NCBI GenBank assembly: GCA_965200245.1
Contig: CBDATS010000004.1
Span: 416,001-480,000, forward strand
DNA length: 64,000 nucleotides
Source of the DNA: a bacterium
GTDB taxonomy: Bacteria > UBA8248
Direction of reading: 5' to 3'
Under the pieces are notes generated by a model. That model did no database searches and had not been told where the DNA came from. It saw only the letters and a program-made list of their open reading frames with translations. The first letter of the stretch is position 1. Every line of letters starts with the position of its first letter. Positions 1 through 9,187 of the stretch are shown here, piece by piece. The position numbers and the translations under genes were made by a program.

Positions 1-1014
1 CGGCCGAATGCGCCGGACGCCTATACGCATGATGACGACGTGTTGCGCCAAAAATTCGAGCGCGCAAGGGACTTCGGTGTGCGTGAAATCTGCATGCAGG
101 GAGGGCTGAATCCCCAGGTATCGATCGACCGCTACGAGGAGGTGCTCAGGCTCGCGCGCGAAGTGATTCCCGGTGTTCACATGCACACCTACTCGCCCGC
201 GGAAGTCGACCACATCCAGCGAAAAACCAGGCTGCCGCTCGAAGTGGTGCTCACAAGGCTCAAAGACGCAGGGCTCGGCTCCGTTCCCGGAACGGCAGCA
301 GAGATCCTCGTGGAAAGGGTGAAAAAGCTCATTAGCCCGGGAAGAATCCCCGTCGAGAGATGGTGCGAGATCATCAGAACTGCTCATGCCGTGGGCATCC
401 CGACGACTTCCACCGTCATGTACGGTCACATCGAGAGCAGCGCCGATTTGGCCGAGCACATGGATATTCTCCGTACGATGCAGAATGACTCGCTCAAGAC
501 CGGGGGTGAGGGCCGATTCACAGAGTTCGTTCCCTTGCCCTTTATCCCGTATGACAACAAGATGGGCGAGGAATTCGGCATCGAGGAGATGGCGGATATC
601 GAAACCATTCTTAAACTCCACGCTGTCGCCCGCCTCTTCTTCCGGGAAACGATCACCAACATCCAGGTGGCGTGGCCCAAGATTGGAATCGATGCTGCGA
701 AAAAGGCGCTCTCTCTTGGGGTGAACGACCTAGGCGGAACGCTGATCGAGGAGAACATCTCCAGAGAGTCGGGCTCGGAATACGGGCAAAGCCTGAGCCC
801 CAGACAGTTCAACGACGCTATCCTGGGAGCAGGGCGCATCCCCGTTCAGCGCACGACGACATACGACATCATCCGCGAAGACGACCCGAGATACCGCCAC
901 CCCCGCGCAGACGACGAGGCCCTGCTCGGTGCCGGTTTCTCGGGCGGAAAAAAGGTGGGCGACTTCATCTCGGAAAACCATCTGGGCTTCTCGGGCATCG
1001 AACGCCCCCGCTAA
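1..1014 (+). CDS. cofH: FO synthase subunit CofH (CofH/MqnC radical SAM family), 5' end outside the window
   Basis: Motifs EICMQGG, SVPGTAAEIL, TTSTVMYGHIE, FTEFVPLPF, NIQVAW, NDLGGTLIEENISR; first gene of a cof cluster; frame is open to the window edge. Confidence 0.85.
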   Translation, partial: RPNAPDAYTHDDDVLRQKFERARDFGVREICMQGGLNPQVSIDRYEEVLRLAREVIPGVHMHTYSPAEVDHIQRKTRLPLEVVLTRLKDAGLGSVPGTAAEILVERVKKLISPGRIPVERWCEIIRTAHAVGIPTTSTVMYGHIESSADLAEHMDILRTMQNDSLKTGGEGRFTEFVPLPFIPYDNKMGEEFGIEEMADIETILKLHAVARLFFRETITNIQVAWPKIGIDAAKKALSLGVNDLGGTLIEENISRESGSEYGQSLSPRQFNDAILGAGRIPVQRTTTYDIIREDDPRYRHPRADDEALLGAGFSGGKKVGDFISENHLGFSGIERPR

Positions 1015-1033
1015 TCGGCCGGAGAAAAAAACC

Positions 1034-2476
1034 TTGAACGAACTTCACCACCCCTCCTTCAAAGACATGATGAACGACGTTGTGGACGCGGGCAGTTGCT
1101 GCGAGTGCGGAAGCTGCGTCCTCGTCTGCCCGCATAACGTTATCGAATATATCGACTCCAAGCCCAAGCAGACGGCCAAGGCGAAGGCAGATTTCGATTT
1201 CTGCGGCATCAGCGTGGGGGTGGGCTGCGACGTCTGCGCGTCGGTATGCCCGAGGCTCTGGCCAAGAGAGATTCACTTGAAGGACGCCACCTTCCAGGAG
1301 ACGAGAAGCGAGATATACGAGGGCATCTTCGGCGCCTATCAGCACATCTTCATGGCGAGGACCAAACGCGACGACGTGATGGAACGTGCCCAGGACGGCG
1401 GCATCGTTACGGCGCTCCTGGCATGGGCACTCCAGGCGGGTGTCATCGACGGCGCGGTGGTCTCCGCCGTCGGTGAGGACGACCCGCCTTGTGACCCAAG
1501 CCCAAAGGTCGCCACGACATATGAGGAGATCCGCGCGAGTGCGGGCAGCTGGTACACCTACTGTCCGAACAACCTGGCGCTCGAAGAGGTGCAAAAAAGA
1601 GATCTCAGGAAAGTCGGCTTCGTGGGTGTTCCCTGCCAGGTCACGCCCGTGCGCAAGATGGAGTTCATCGACCCCTCTTTTCTGGTCTCGCACAAGAAAA
1701 GGCCCCAGCACATCCAGAAGCAGCGCGGCTTCCTGAGAGGTTTCTCGGATCGCGTGGCGTTCCAAATCGGCCTGTTCTGCACGGAAGTCTTCACCTTCAA
1801 CCTCATGACGGAGAAAATCGAAAAGGACCTGGGCATCCCTCTCACGGAAGTGGCGAAGTTCAACGTGAAGGGTGAGGTACTCGTCCACAAGAAAGACGGG
1901 GAACTCGTCACCTTCTCACTCCAGGAGGCGATGGAGAACTATCAACGTCCCGAATGCCAGCACTGCGCGGATTTCTCCGCCGAACTCGCGGACATCGCCT
2001 GCGGAGGCGTAGGCACGCGGGGCTGGACCATCGTGGTGCTGCGAACCGAGAAGGGCAAGGAGATCTGGAGCGAATTCGAAAAGGAGGGCCTCGTTGAGAT
2101 TCAGCCGATACAGGAGAACCGGCGGGCATGGAACATCCTGCACATTCTGGCAAGAAGACAGCGCAATCGCGTGCCGACCATGAGCCATAGAAGCGGCACC
2201 CCGGCCGGTCTCCCCCAATACGACCCGTTCGAGGGTGCCAGTTTCGCCTCGCAAAGAATGGCCGACAGTCCCAAGACGCCAGAGGAGTTGGAGAACTGCC
2301 TCGCCACGGCCTATGGGGAAGAGGATCGCCCCGCCGGCATACGCGGCTTCCTGGCGGGTCGGCCCATTCCGAACGACCCGGGAGACCCGCCCCCCGGGGA
2401 GAAACGCAAACTTCCACCACCCCCGAGCCCGGCCGAGGGCGGCGCCCCGCCGGGTTGGACACCTCAAGAGTCATAA
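1034..2476 (+). CDS. FrhB/FdhB/FpoF-family F420-binding Fe-S flavoprotein with N-terminal ferredoxin-like domain and Pro-rich tail
   Basis: CCECGSCVLVCP and CDVCASVCP; QDGGIVTALL; VGVPCQV; IGLFC; CQHCADFSAELADIACG. TTG start at 1034 after GGAGA. Confidence 0.85.
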   Translation: MNELHHPSFKDMMNDVVDAGSCCECGSCVLVCPHNVIEYIDSKPKQTAKAKADFDFCGISVGVGCDVCASVCPRLWPREIHLKDATFQETRSEIYEGIFGAYQHIFMARTKRDDVMERAQDGGIVTALLAWALQAGVIDGAVVSAVGEDDPPCDPSPKVATTYEEIRASAGSWYTYCPNNLALEEVQKRDLRKVGFVGVPCQVTPVRKMEFIDPSFLVSHKKRPQHIQKQRGFLRGFSDRVAFQIGLFCTEVFTFNLMTEKIEKDLGIPLTEVAKFNVKGEVLVHKKDGELVTFSLQEAMENYQRPECQHCADFSAELADIACGGVGTRGWTIVVLRTEKGKEIWSEFEKEGLVEIQPIQENRRAWNILHILARRQRNRVPTMSHRSGTPAGLPQYDPFEGASFASQRMADSPKTPEELENCLATAYGEEDRPAGIRGFLAGRPIPNDPGDPPPGEKRKLPPPPSPAEGGAPPGWTPQES

Positions 2477-2477
2477 G

Positions 2478-3113
2478 TTGGATACCTCCTCCGCCATACA
2501 AAAAAACCAGGCGCTCTCCATTTCACTCAATGAGGCACTGTACAAAAGGCGCTCCATCCGGCATTTCACGACGCAAGCCGTTCCAATGGAAATACTCGAA
2601 ACCGCTCTCGCCGCCGCGTGCCTGGCTCCCAGCCCGCACGGGACGAGCCCCTGGCGGTTTTGCATACTCGATTCCAGGGTGGCGAGAGAAACCCTGGCCA
2701 CCGAAATGGGGAAAAATTTTCTGCGCGACATGGAGGCGGAGGGCGTTTCCGAAGAGGAGCGCACCCGCAGGCATCAGGGGAGTATTCGCCTGCTCACCGG
2801 AGCGCCCGCGCTTATCATGGCGTCGCTCTCCTTCACGGACCTGGACGTTTACAAAGAGCCCGCGAAACAGGCCAACGAATGGATGATGGCCGAACACAGC
2901 CTGGGCGGCGCTCTACAGAACCTGATGCTCGCCTTGGCGGCCCAGGGAGTGGGTTCGGTGTGGCGCTGCGCTCCTTTGTTCTGTCCCGAAACGGCCAGAA
3001 CGGCCCTGGACCTGCCTGCAGACTGGCTGCCAAGGGCTCTCATCGTGGCAGGCTATCCCTCGCAACAGCCCCCTCCCAAAGAAACGCCAAGACCGATGCT
3101 GATCGTCCGATGA
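2478..3113 (+). CDS. Stand-alone nitroreductase similar to the FbiB C-terminal domain (candidate dehydro-F420-0 reductase, FbiE-like)
   Basis: RRSIRHF, APSPHGTSPWRF, GGALQNLMLAL, GVGSVWRCAPLFCP; overlaps the cofD start (ATGA); start uncertain. Confidence 0.8.
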   Translation: MDTSSAIQKNQALSISLNEALYKRRSIRHFTTQAVPMEILETALAAACLAPSPHGTSPWRFCILDSRVARETLATEMGKNFLRDMEAEGVSEEERTRRHQGSIRLLTGAPALIMASLSFTDLDVYKEPAKQANEWMMAEHSLGGALQNLMLALAAQGVGSVWRCAPLFCPETARTALDLPADWLPRALIVAGYPSQQPPPKETPRPMLIVR

Positions 3114-4066
3114 GCTTTTCCGGCCCGGTCGTTGCGCTTGCTGGCGGAGTGGGAGGTGCGAAGCTCGCCGTCGGTCTCGCGCATGCACTTCCCGAGGGGA
3201 CACTCACCGTCGTCGTGAATACGGCGGACGACCTGGTACTTCACGGCCTGCACATAAGTCCCGACATCGACACCGTGATGTACAACCTCGCAGGAATGTC
3301 CAACCCCGAGACGGGTTGGGGCATCAACGGCGACGGGACGAGCGCGCTCGACCTTTTGGGCCGCTACGGGGGGCCGACCTGGTTCCGGCTGGGCGATATG
3401 GACCTGGCGACCCATATTCGTCGAACCCAGCGCCTAGCCGAGGGTGCGCGCCTGACGAAAGTGACGCGCGAACTTGCCGCTTCCCTGGGCATCAAGGCGA
3501 ACATTCTGCCCATGACGGACTCTCCCATCGCCACGCGTGTCAAAACGCCGGAAGGGGAACTCGAGTTCCAAGACTACTTCGTGGCCAGGGGAACCAGGCC
3601 GAGCGTTTGCGGCGTAAGGTTTCAGGGGGCAGACGAGGCGCGCGCCACACCGGAAGTAATGCGTGCGTTCGATGAGGCGCGCGCTATCGTATTCTGCCCA
3701 TCGAACCCGATTGTGAGCATCGGCCCCATTCTCGCGATTTCGGACATCCACAAACGCCTGCGTCGTGCGTCCGTGCCGCGCGTGGGAGTGAGTCCCATCA
3801 TAGGAGGAACAGCCTTGAGGGGTCCGGCCGCCGAGATGCTCAGAAGTCTGGGGCATGACGTGTCGGCCTTGGGCGTCGCCCGGATTCTCAGGGACGTTCT
3901 TGACGGGTTCGTCGTGGACACCGAGGACGAAGCACTGGTCGCGTCCATCGAGGAGTTGGGGCTTGAGAGCATCGCGCTTCCCAGTATCATGTCCAACGCA
4001 GATTCCAAGAAAAAACTGGCGGAGGGCGTTTTGGCGTTCGCCTCATCCGTACGAAAGATGGCATAA
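3110..4066 (+). CDS. cofD: 2-phospho-L-lactate/phosphoenolpyruvate transferase CofD/FbiA
   Basis: LAGGVGGAK, VVNTADD, ISPDIDTVMY, WFRLGDMDLATH, FQDYFV, PSNPIVSIGPIL, VSPIIGG. Confidence 0.95.
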   Translation: MSFSGPVVALAGGVGGAKLAVGLAHALPEGTLTVVVNTADDLVLHGLHISPDIDTVMYNLAGMSNPETGWGINGDGTSALDLLGRYGGPTWFRLGDMDLATHIRRTQRLAEGARLTKVTRELAASLGIKANILPMTDSPIATRVKTPEGELEFQDYFVARGTRPSVCGVRFQGADEARATPEVMRAFDEARAIVFCPSNPIVSIGPILAISDIHKRLRRASVPRVGVSPIIGGTALRGPAAEMLRSLGHDVSALGVARILRDVLDGFVVDTEDEALVASIEELGLESIALPSIMSNADSKKKLAEGVLAFASSVRKMA

Positions 4067-4118
4067 GGAGTTTCAGGTACACTCCAAGATACGATTCCTT
4101 TTCACGACCCCGGGATGG

Positions 4119-4775
4119 ATGATGAGTTTCAAGAGCCCTTACGTCGCCCTGATACCCGTTCGCGATTTCAGAACCGGAAAATCGAGGCTCGCGCAAACGC
4201 TGGACGAGAACACAAGAAATCAGTTGGGTCGATGGATGCTCGAACGCGTCCTAAAGGCCGTCGGGAATGCCGGGCGTATTGATGAGATCGCTGTGTTGAG
4301 CGATTCCGCGGAAGTCCTGACACTCGCCGGGGAATACGGCGCGGTCGGTTTACTCCAGGAATCACGCGGCCTGAACCAGGATCTGGAAATTGGTCGATCC
4401 TGGGCGAGAAGCAGAAACGCCCGTTCGTTATTTGTCGTCCACGGAGATCTGCCGTTTCTGACGACGGAAGAGGTGAACGCTTTTCTGGAAGAACGAAAGC
4501 CGCCTGAAAACGCCGAGTGCGATATACGCATCGCCCGCTCGAAGGATGGCGGTACGACCGCGCTGTTCACCCGGCCGATCGACGCCATTCCCTTTCTGTT
4601 CGGGGAGCACAGCTTCGAGGAACACAACAAGGCCGCGAAGATATCCGGCTGCGAGGCGCAGCCTTTTGAATCGTTTGGCTTCGCGCAGGACATCGACTCG
4701 CCCGAGGACCTCGAATTCCTGCTCTCCCATATTGGGGAAGCGCCGGAGTGGCTCGCTTCCGCTCCCATGAGATGA
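4119..4775 (+). CDS. cofC: Guanylyltransferase CofC/FbiD
   Basis: IPVR..GKSRL, GLNQD, VHGDLP, DGGT, FGEHSF..H, DIDSPEDL. Confidence 0.92.
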   Translation: MMSFKSPYVALIPVRDFRTGKSRLAQTLDENTRNQLGRWMLERVLKAVGNAGRIDEIAVLSDSAEVLTLAGEYGAVGLLQESRGLNQDLEIGRSWARSRNARSLFVVHGDLPFLTTEEVNAFLEERKPPENAECDIRIARSKDGGTTALFTRPIDAIPFLFGEHSFEEHNKAAKISGCEAQPFESFGFAQDIDSPEDLEFLLSHIGEAPEWLASAPMR

Positions 4776-5533
4776 ACAGCGTAGAAATCATCCCAGTCAC
4801 CGGTTTGCCGGAAATCAAGGAGGGTGACGCGCTCGCCCACTTGATCCTGAATGCACTCGAAGCAGACGGTGTGAAAATACAGGATCGGGACATCCTTGTC
4901 CTCGCTCAAAAGATCATCAGCAAGGCCGAGGGCAGGGTTTTGGACCTGAAAAGCATCGAACCTTCCCGGGAAGCGCTGGAAATCGCCAATCGCGACGGGC
5001 GCGACCCCAGACTGGTGGAAGCGGTGCTCGGTGAGTCGAACGAGATCGTCGCCGCTTCTGAACGGGCACTCATCGTCGAGCATCGCTCAGGGGCAGTATG
5101 CGCCCATGCGGGAATAGACCGCTCAAACTTAAGAGGCGGCAAAGATGAGGTACTGCTTCTGCCCCGTGACGCCGACCTCTCCGCCAGGGAACTCCATCAA
5201 GAAATGAAAAGCGCGGCGAACGCATTCGTTCCCGTCCTTATCGCAGACACACAGGGGCGCGCGTTCCGGCGGGGCGTTGTCGGCGTGGCGATAGGGTGCG
5301 CAGGCCTTGAGCCTCTTGTGGACCTGAGAGGAGAGAAAGACCGTAGCGGCCGTATGCTTGAGATTACCATACTCGCGCACGCAGATGAAATCGCGGCGGC
5401 GGCCAGCCTCGTGATGGGACAGGACAAGCAGGGGGTTCCCGCCGTCTTGATTCGCGGGCTGGACTACCATGAGGGCAACGCTCCCGCGCGTTCGCTTTAC
5501 CGAAAGAAAGAAGAAGACCTGTTTCGCCCATGA
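4772..5533 (+). CDS. cofE: F420-0:L-glutamate ligase CofE (no fused nitroreductase)
   Basis: GLPEIKEGD, QKIISKAEGR, AGIDRSN, DTQGRAFRRG, DEIAAAASLVMGQ. Confidence 0.95.
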   Translation: MNSVEIIPVTGLPEIKEGDALAHLILNALEADGVKIQDRDILVLAQKIISKAEGRVLDLKSIEPSREALEIANRDGRDPRLVEAVLGESNEIVAASERALIVEHRSGAVCAHAGIDRSNLRGGKDEVLLLPRDADLSARELHQEMKSAANAFVPVLIADTQGRAFRRGVVGVAIGCAGLEPLVDLRGEKDRSGRMLEITILAHADEIAAAASLVMGQDKQGVPAVLIRGLDYHEGNAPARSLYRKKEEDLFRP

Positions 5534-5563
5534 AACCACAACCTTTCATATGAGGAAACGCCC

Positions 5564-5896
5564 ATGGCTATACTTCACTGGAACGACGTCGAGGAAAGAC
5601 AACTGAACAACATCATCCGGGGCAGAATCGTGAAGACGGACAACGTGATGGCGTGCCGGATTACGGCGAAGACCGGAAGCCCCATCAAAACGCACACACA
5701 CGAGTTTGACCAGATTACGCACATGATTCGCGGAAAGCTGAAGTTCCACTCGGGAGACGAGGATTACCAAGTCGTCGAGGCGGGAGATGTCATGATCTTT
5801 CCGGCTGGAACCCCGCACGGCGGGGAAGTTCTCGAAGAAGCGGAATACATTGACATGTTCTCGCCGCCGAATCCAGATTTTCAGTGGGACAAATAA
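5564..5896 (+). CDS. Cupin domain protein
   Basis: HTHEFDQ...G and GDVMIFPAGTPHG, DMFSPP; RBS GAGGA. Confidence 0.85.
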   Translation: MAILHWNDVEERQLNNIIRGRIVKTDNVMACRITAKTGSPIKTHTHEFDQITHMIRGKLKFHSGDEDYQVVEAGDVMIFPAGTPHGGEVLEEAEYIDMFSPPNPDFQWDK

Positions 5897-5999
5897 CCGC
5901 TTGGCTTGAAAGCGTTTCGGAGCGATCAACCTACCCCACCCTGCCTGCGAAAGACGGTACTCCCCTATCGGAAGGGCTGACTTATAGCTTTTGAATCGT

Positions 6000-6335
6000 C
6001 TGAGGCTTGCATTTTTCCTCTCTCCTGTATTCAGACGCAAGGTTTCTCACCCTTACGTAGATGCCATTGCGCCCGTCTTTCTGGCTCTTGTTCTGCGTGT
6101 CTTCGAAGGCCAGTCCTGAATGAGAAAACTCTACGCCAGCACGAGATCCACGATCGAGTCCGCGACATCTGCAAGACCCAGAACCACTTGGCCGGGGCCT
6201 GGGATATGTGCCTCGGGAATGTTCAGGCCACGCCTGATCAACTTCCACCAGGAAGTGTTCGCTTTTTCACCCGGTCGCAGATGTTGGTGCATGATACATC
6301 CAACAGCACCGCTGCCTGCACAACGGCTATAATTT
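6000..6335 (-). pseudogene. Decayed HTH antitoxin-like gene (Xre/MbcA-type)
   Basis: Spliced frames read QAAVLLDVSCTNICDRVKKRTL / WKLIRRGLNIPEAHIPGPGQVVLGLADV..LVLA*SFLIQDWP; frameshift and stop; family call from memory. Confidence 0.35.
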
Positions 6336-6592
6336 AGGGCAAAATGTCTTGAATACGAGCCGTACTAATAAGAGGAAATGCGTGTTTTGTGTATTTTTAT
6401 GCAGAATTCTGATTTTGTTGATTGTCAAAGTGAAGATAATTCGGTAACATACAGAAAATAATGGGGTTGTGGGCAATGTAGATAACCTTGGCGTCTACAG
6501 GATCCAAACGATTCGCTCACCGGCCCGAAATTTCCCGGATTCGCCGAACGTTACAGACCGCCCTTTCGACAACACGGACCAGGGCTCAACTT

Positions 6593-7879
6593 ATGTGGGG
6601 CGTTACCCAACCGACCTTGAACTTCATCCAGAACTTCTCCTGGAACCATATGATCGATATCGGGTTCATGTGGTTCCTGCTGTATCAGGTTTACATCCGC
6701 TTCAAGGGCACTCAGGCGATGCGCCTTCTCGTGCGTGTGTTCGGAGTGTGGCTCGTCTACCTCGCCTCGCAGGCCGCGGGCCTGCACCTGACCTCGTTCC
6801 TGCTGTGGGCTATCTGGATCGCCGTCCTCATCTTGTTTCTCATCAATTTCCACGGGGAAATCCAGAAGATATTCTTCCAGCTCAACCCGATGCGCAGATT
6901 CTCCACCCTTTTTCGCCGTGCGATGCGCATCCGCCTGCCGGACGAAAGTATCACTACCATCGCCCAATCCGTTTTTTCGCTCGCGGCGAAACAAATGGGC
7001 GCGATCATCGTCGTGGAGCAACGGGATTTAACCGATTCCCTGCTAAGAAGTCCTGGTGAAGAGATTGAAGCGGATATCCAGCTGGCCCTGTTGGAAACCA
7101 TCTTCTTCAAGGGAGCACCCTACCACGACGGTGCCGCCATAGTCCGAAAGAACAAGGTCTCGCGCGTGGGATGTGTTTTGCCCCTTTCCGAAAACCATGC
7201 CCTGCCGGCGGAGTTCGGCACGCGCCACAGGGCGGCAGTGGGTATCACGGAGCGATGCGACGCCCTGGCGATCGTCATATCTGAAGAACGTGGAGAGGTC
7301 ACCTGCGTGGAAGGCGGCCAAATCAAGGCGATGCAGAACAAAGACGAACTCTCCTCCTGGCTTATGGCGCGGCAGCGCGCGGCCCGTGAGGCGGGGCAGA
7401 CGAAAGGGCGCGTATCAATCGGCAATCTTTTCGAGAACTGGCGGCCCAAGCTTGCCGCACTGGCTGCCGTCATATTCCTGTGGTCGCTCGTCGGGCAGGA
7501 ACACCAAAACCCGCAGAACTTCTTCCCGCAACTCGAAAGCAAGGTGGAAGAGGAATTCCGCGTACCAGTGCATTACTACAACATCCCGAACGGGGTCGTC
7601 CTGCCGGCCGATGTGTCGAAAGAAGTCACAATTCGCCTGAGAGGCAGGCGAGATATCCTCAATTACATCGACCCTACACGTCTGCGCGTAAACGTGAACC
7701 TGGCCCAAATGACGCCGGGTGCGCATTCGCGCACGCTCACGGGCCGTGACATCGATCTCCCGAGCGGTCTTGAATTCCTAGGCGCGGAACCGAAAACTGT
7801 GGAGGTGAACCTCGGAGAAGTACCAAAGCCCGAGAAAATGACGAAATCGAGTGCCTCCACCGAGACACCCGATTCCTGA
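6593..7879 (+). CDS. cdaA: Diadenylate cyclase CdaA/DacA fused to a TM helix and a YbbR (CdaR-like) domain
   Basis: Three N-terminal TM helices, GAIIVVE, YHDGA, GTRHRAAVG, ISEERG; C-terminal VPVHYYNIP..VTIRLRG YbbR-like segment; start uncertain. Confidence 0.88.
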   Translation: MWGVTQPTLNFIQNFSWNHMIDIGFMWFLLYQVYIRFKGTQAMRLLVRVFGVWLVYLASQAAGLHLTSFLLWAIWIAVLILFLINFHGEIQKIFFQLNPMRRFSTLFRRAMRIRLPDESITTIAQSVFSLAAKQMGAIIVVEQRDLTDSLLRSPGEEIEADIQLALLETIFFKGAPYHDGAAIVRKNKVSRVGCVLPLSENHALPAEFGTRHRAAVGITERCDALAIVISEERGEVTCVEGGQIKAMQNKDELSSWLMARQRAAREAGQTKGRVSIGNLFENWRPKLAALAAVIFLWSLVGQEHQNPQNFFPQLESKVEEEFRVPVHYYNIPNGVVLPADVSKEVTIRLRGRRDILNYIDPTRLRVNVNLAQMTPGAHSRTLTGRDIDLPSGLEFLGAEPKTVEVNLGEVPKPEKMTKSSASTETPDS

Positions 7880-8130
7880 AGTTTCAAGACTTCTCTTTTC
7901 TCTTCAGATGCCTGAATTTCAAGCGAACCGAGAATTTTCTTTTTTCAGACAGAGAAACCATATTGAAAGAACCGGGCCTACCCCGCCAAGACGTCCAGGG
8001 CGACTAGAGACGCCAATCGGGCAAACCATCTTTGATGGATTGCTGCGTCAACCGAGTGAGGTGGGAGAAGGCGACTCATGAAGTGGCTCCGGTCCGGATT
8101 CTGGAAACCTTTCCAAAGAAGGAGGATGCG

Positions 8131-8220
8131 ATGGCGTCTACGATAAATCGCTTCAGCCGTGCGGAAACGACACCCTCCCCGGCCCCATCGCATTGGCCGG
8201 GCGGGGAGGTATATATATAG
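8131..8220 (+). CDS. Possible 29-aa small peptide
   Basis: Strong RBS AAGGAGGA just upstream of the ATG; MASTINRFSRAETTPSPAPSHWPGGEVYI. Confidence 0.25.
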   Translation: MASTINRFSRAETTPSPAPSHWPGGEVYI

Positions 8221-8290
8221 GCCGATGCCCATTGGAAAGGCGACAAAACGCCTTTTCGGGATGAAAGGAATTCTCATCTCAAAAGGAACA

Positions 8291-8329
8291 AAAAAGAGAG
8301 CGGAGTGTAACGCCCTGCTCTTCTTTTTT
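8291..8329. terminator. Probable bidirectional intrinsic terminator
   Basis: A-tract, imperfect AGAGCGG...CCTGCTCT stem, T-tract; lies at the 3' end of the 8331-8525 ORF. Confidence 0.5.
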
Positions 8330-8330
8330 G

Positions 8331-8525
8331 CTAGCCTTTGGCCTCAAGTTTTCTCATCTCGATTTCGAGTTGCTGCAATCTGTTCTTGATCATGTTGAAG
8401 TCGTACTCAAACCCTTCGGCAAGTAGCACGAGACCTTGATAGAACCGGTGCTTATCCGGCTCTTCTTCCACATTCACCGAATCGAGAATTTCGGCGAAAA
8501 CCTCTCTGGCGTGATGAAAGCTCAA
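8331..8525 (-). CDS. Small hypothetical protein with coiled-coil C-terminus (64 aa)
   Basis: RBS AGGGAG then TTG; SFHHAREVFAEIL...LQQLEIEMRKLEAKG; followed by a terminator. Confidence 0.5.
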   Translation of the reverse strand: MSFHHAREVFAEILDSVNVEEEPDKHRFYQGLVLLAEGFEYDFNMIKNRLQQLEIEMRKLEAKG

Positions 8526-8658
8526 AATCCCTCTCCCTTTATTGAACGAAAACGTACACGAGAAACGGTAAAATTTCGCGGGAAGAAACTCGCCCGTATC
8601 TCTGCTAGAATCCTCCGTATCGACAAATAAACCACAACGCTTACGAGGAGTCATCTTC

Positions 8659-9153
8659 ATGCCGGAAAGACCGAACACGCCGCAAGTTATCCTCCGCCAT
8701 ATCCAGGGCACGCAACTCCAGATGCTCACCACCACGGGAAAGCACTCCTACGTGCTCGACGAACCCGAAACCCGCGGTGGGACTGACCTCGCCGCTACGC
8801 CTTTCGAGTTCTTCATCGCGGGACACGCGGGCTGAGGCCTCTACACGCTGCTGGGAGCAGCGAAGGCCAAGGGCATCCAGATTGACGACGTGGAAGTCCA
8901 CGCGGAGTTCAAGCGCAACATATCTCCCGAATTCCACGCGGATTATCACGCGGACCCCGAACGGAGAAAACTCTCTATCGGCGTTATTCGCACAAACTAT
9001 TACATTCACGGCGACGTGTCCGAAGAGCAAAAGGCAGAACTCCTCGACGAACTCGCCAACTGCCCCATCCACAACACCCTGATGACGCCGCCAAAACTCG
9101 AGGAACGCATCGTCGTTCTGGGCGAGGATGAAACCGCGCCAACAGAAATTTGA
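8659..9153 (+). CDS. OsmC/Ohr-like selenoprotein (164 aa, Sec at codon 59)
   Basis: RBS GAGGAG; DEP..GGTD.AATPFEFFIAGHAG-TGA(8833-8835)-GLYTL continues in frame to NCPIHNTL; TGA occupies the first catalytic Cys position; hairpin follows. Confidence 0.88.
8836..8868 (+). promoter_or_regulatory. SECIS-like hairpin 1
   Basis: GGCCT ctaca CGCTGCT ggg AGCAGCG a AGGCC directly 3' of the TGA. Confidence 0.78.
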
Positions 9154-9187
9154 CTTGGAGAGACAGGAAACCGCTCTTAAATCAGGG

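Noticed and set aside
8015-8070. c-di-GMP-I or c-di-AMP riboswitch after cdaA (GGGCAAACC)
   Set aside because: Lacks the GNRA loop and GACGCAAA segment of GEMM and the ydaO consensus blocks
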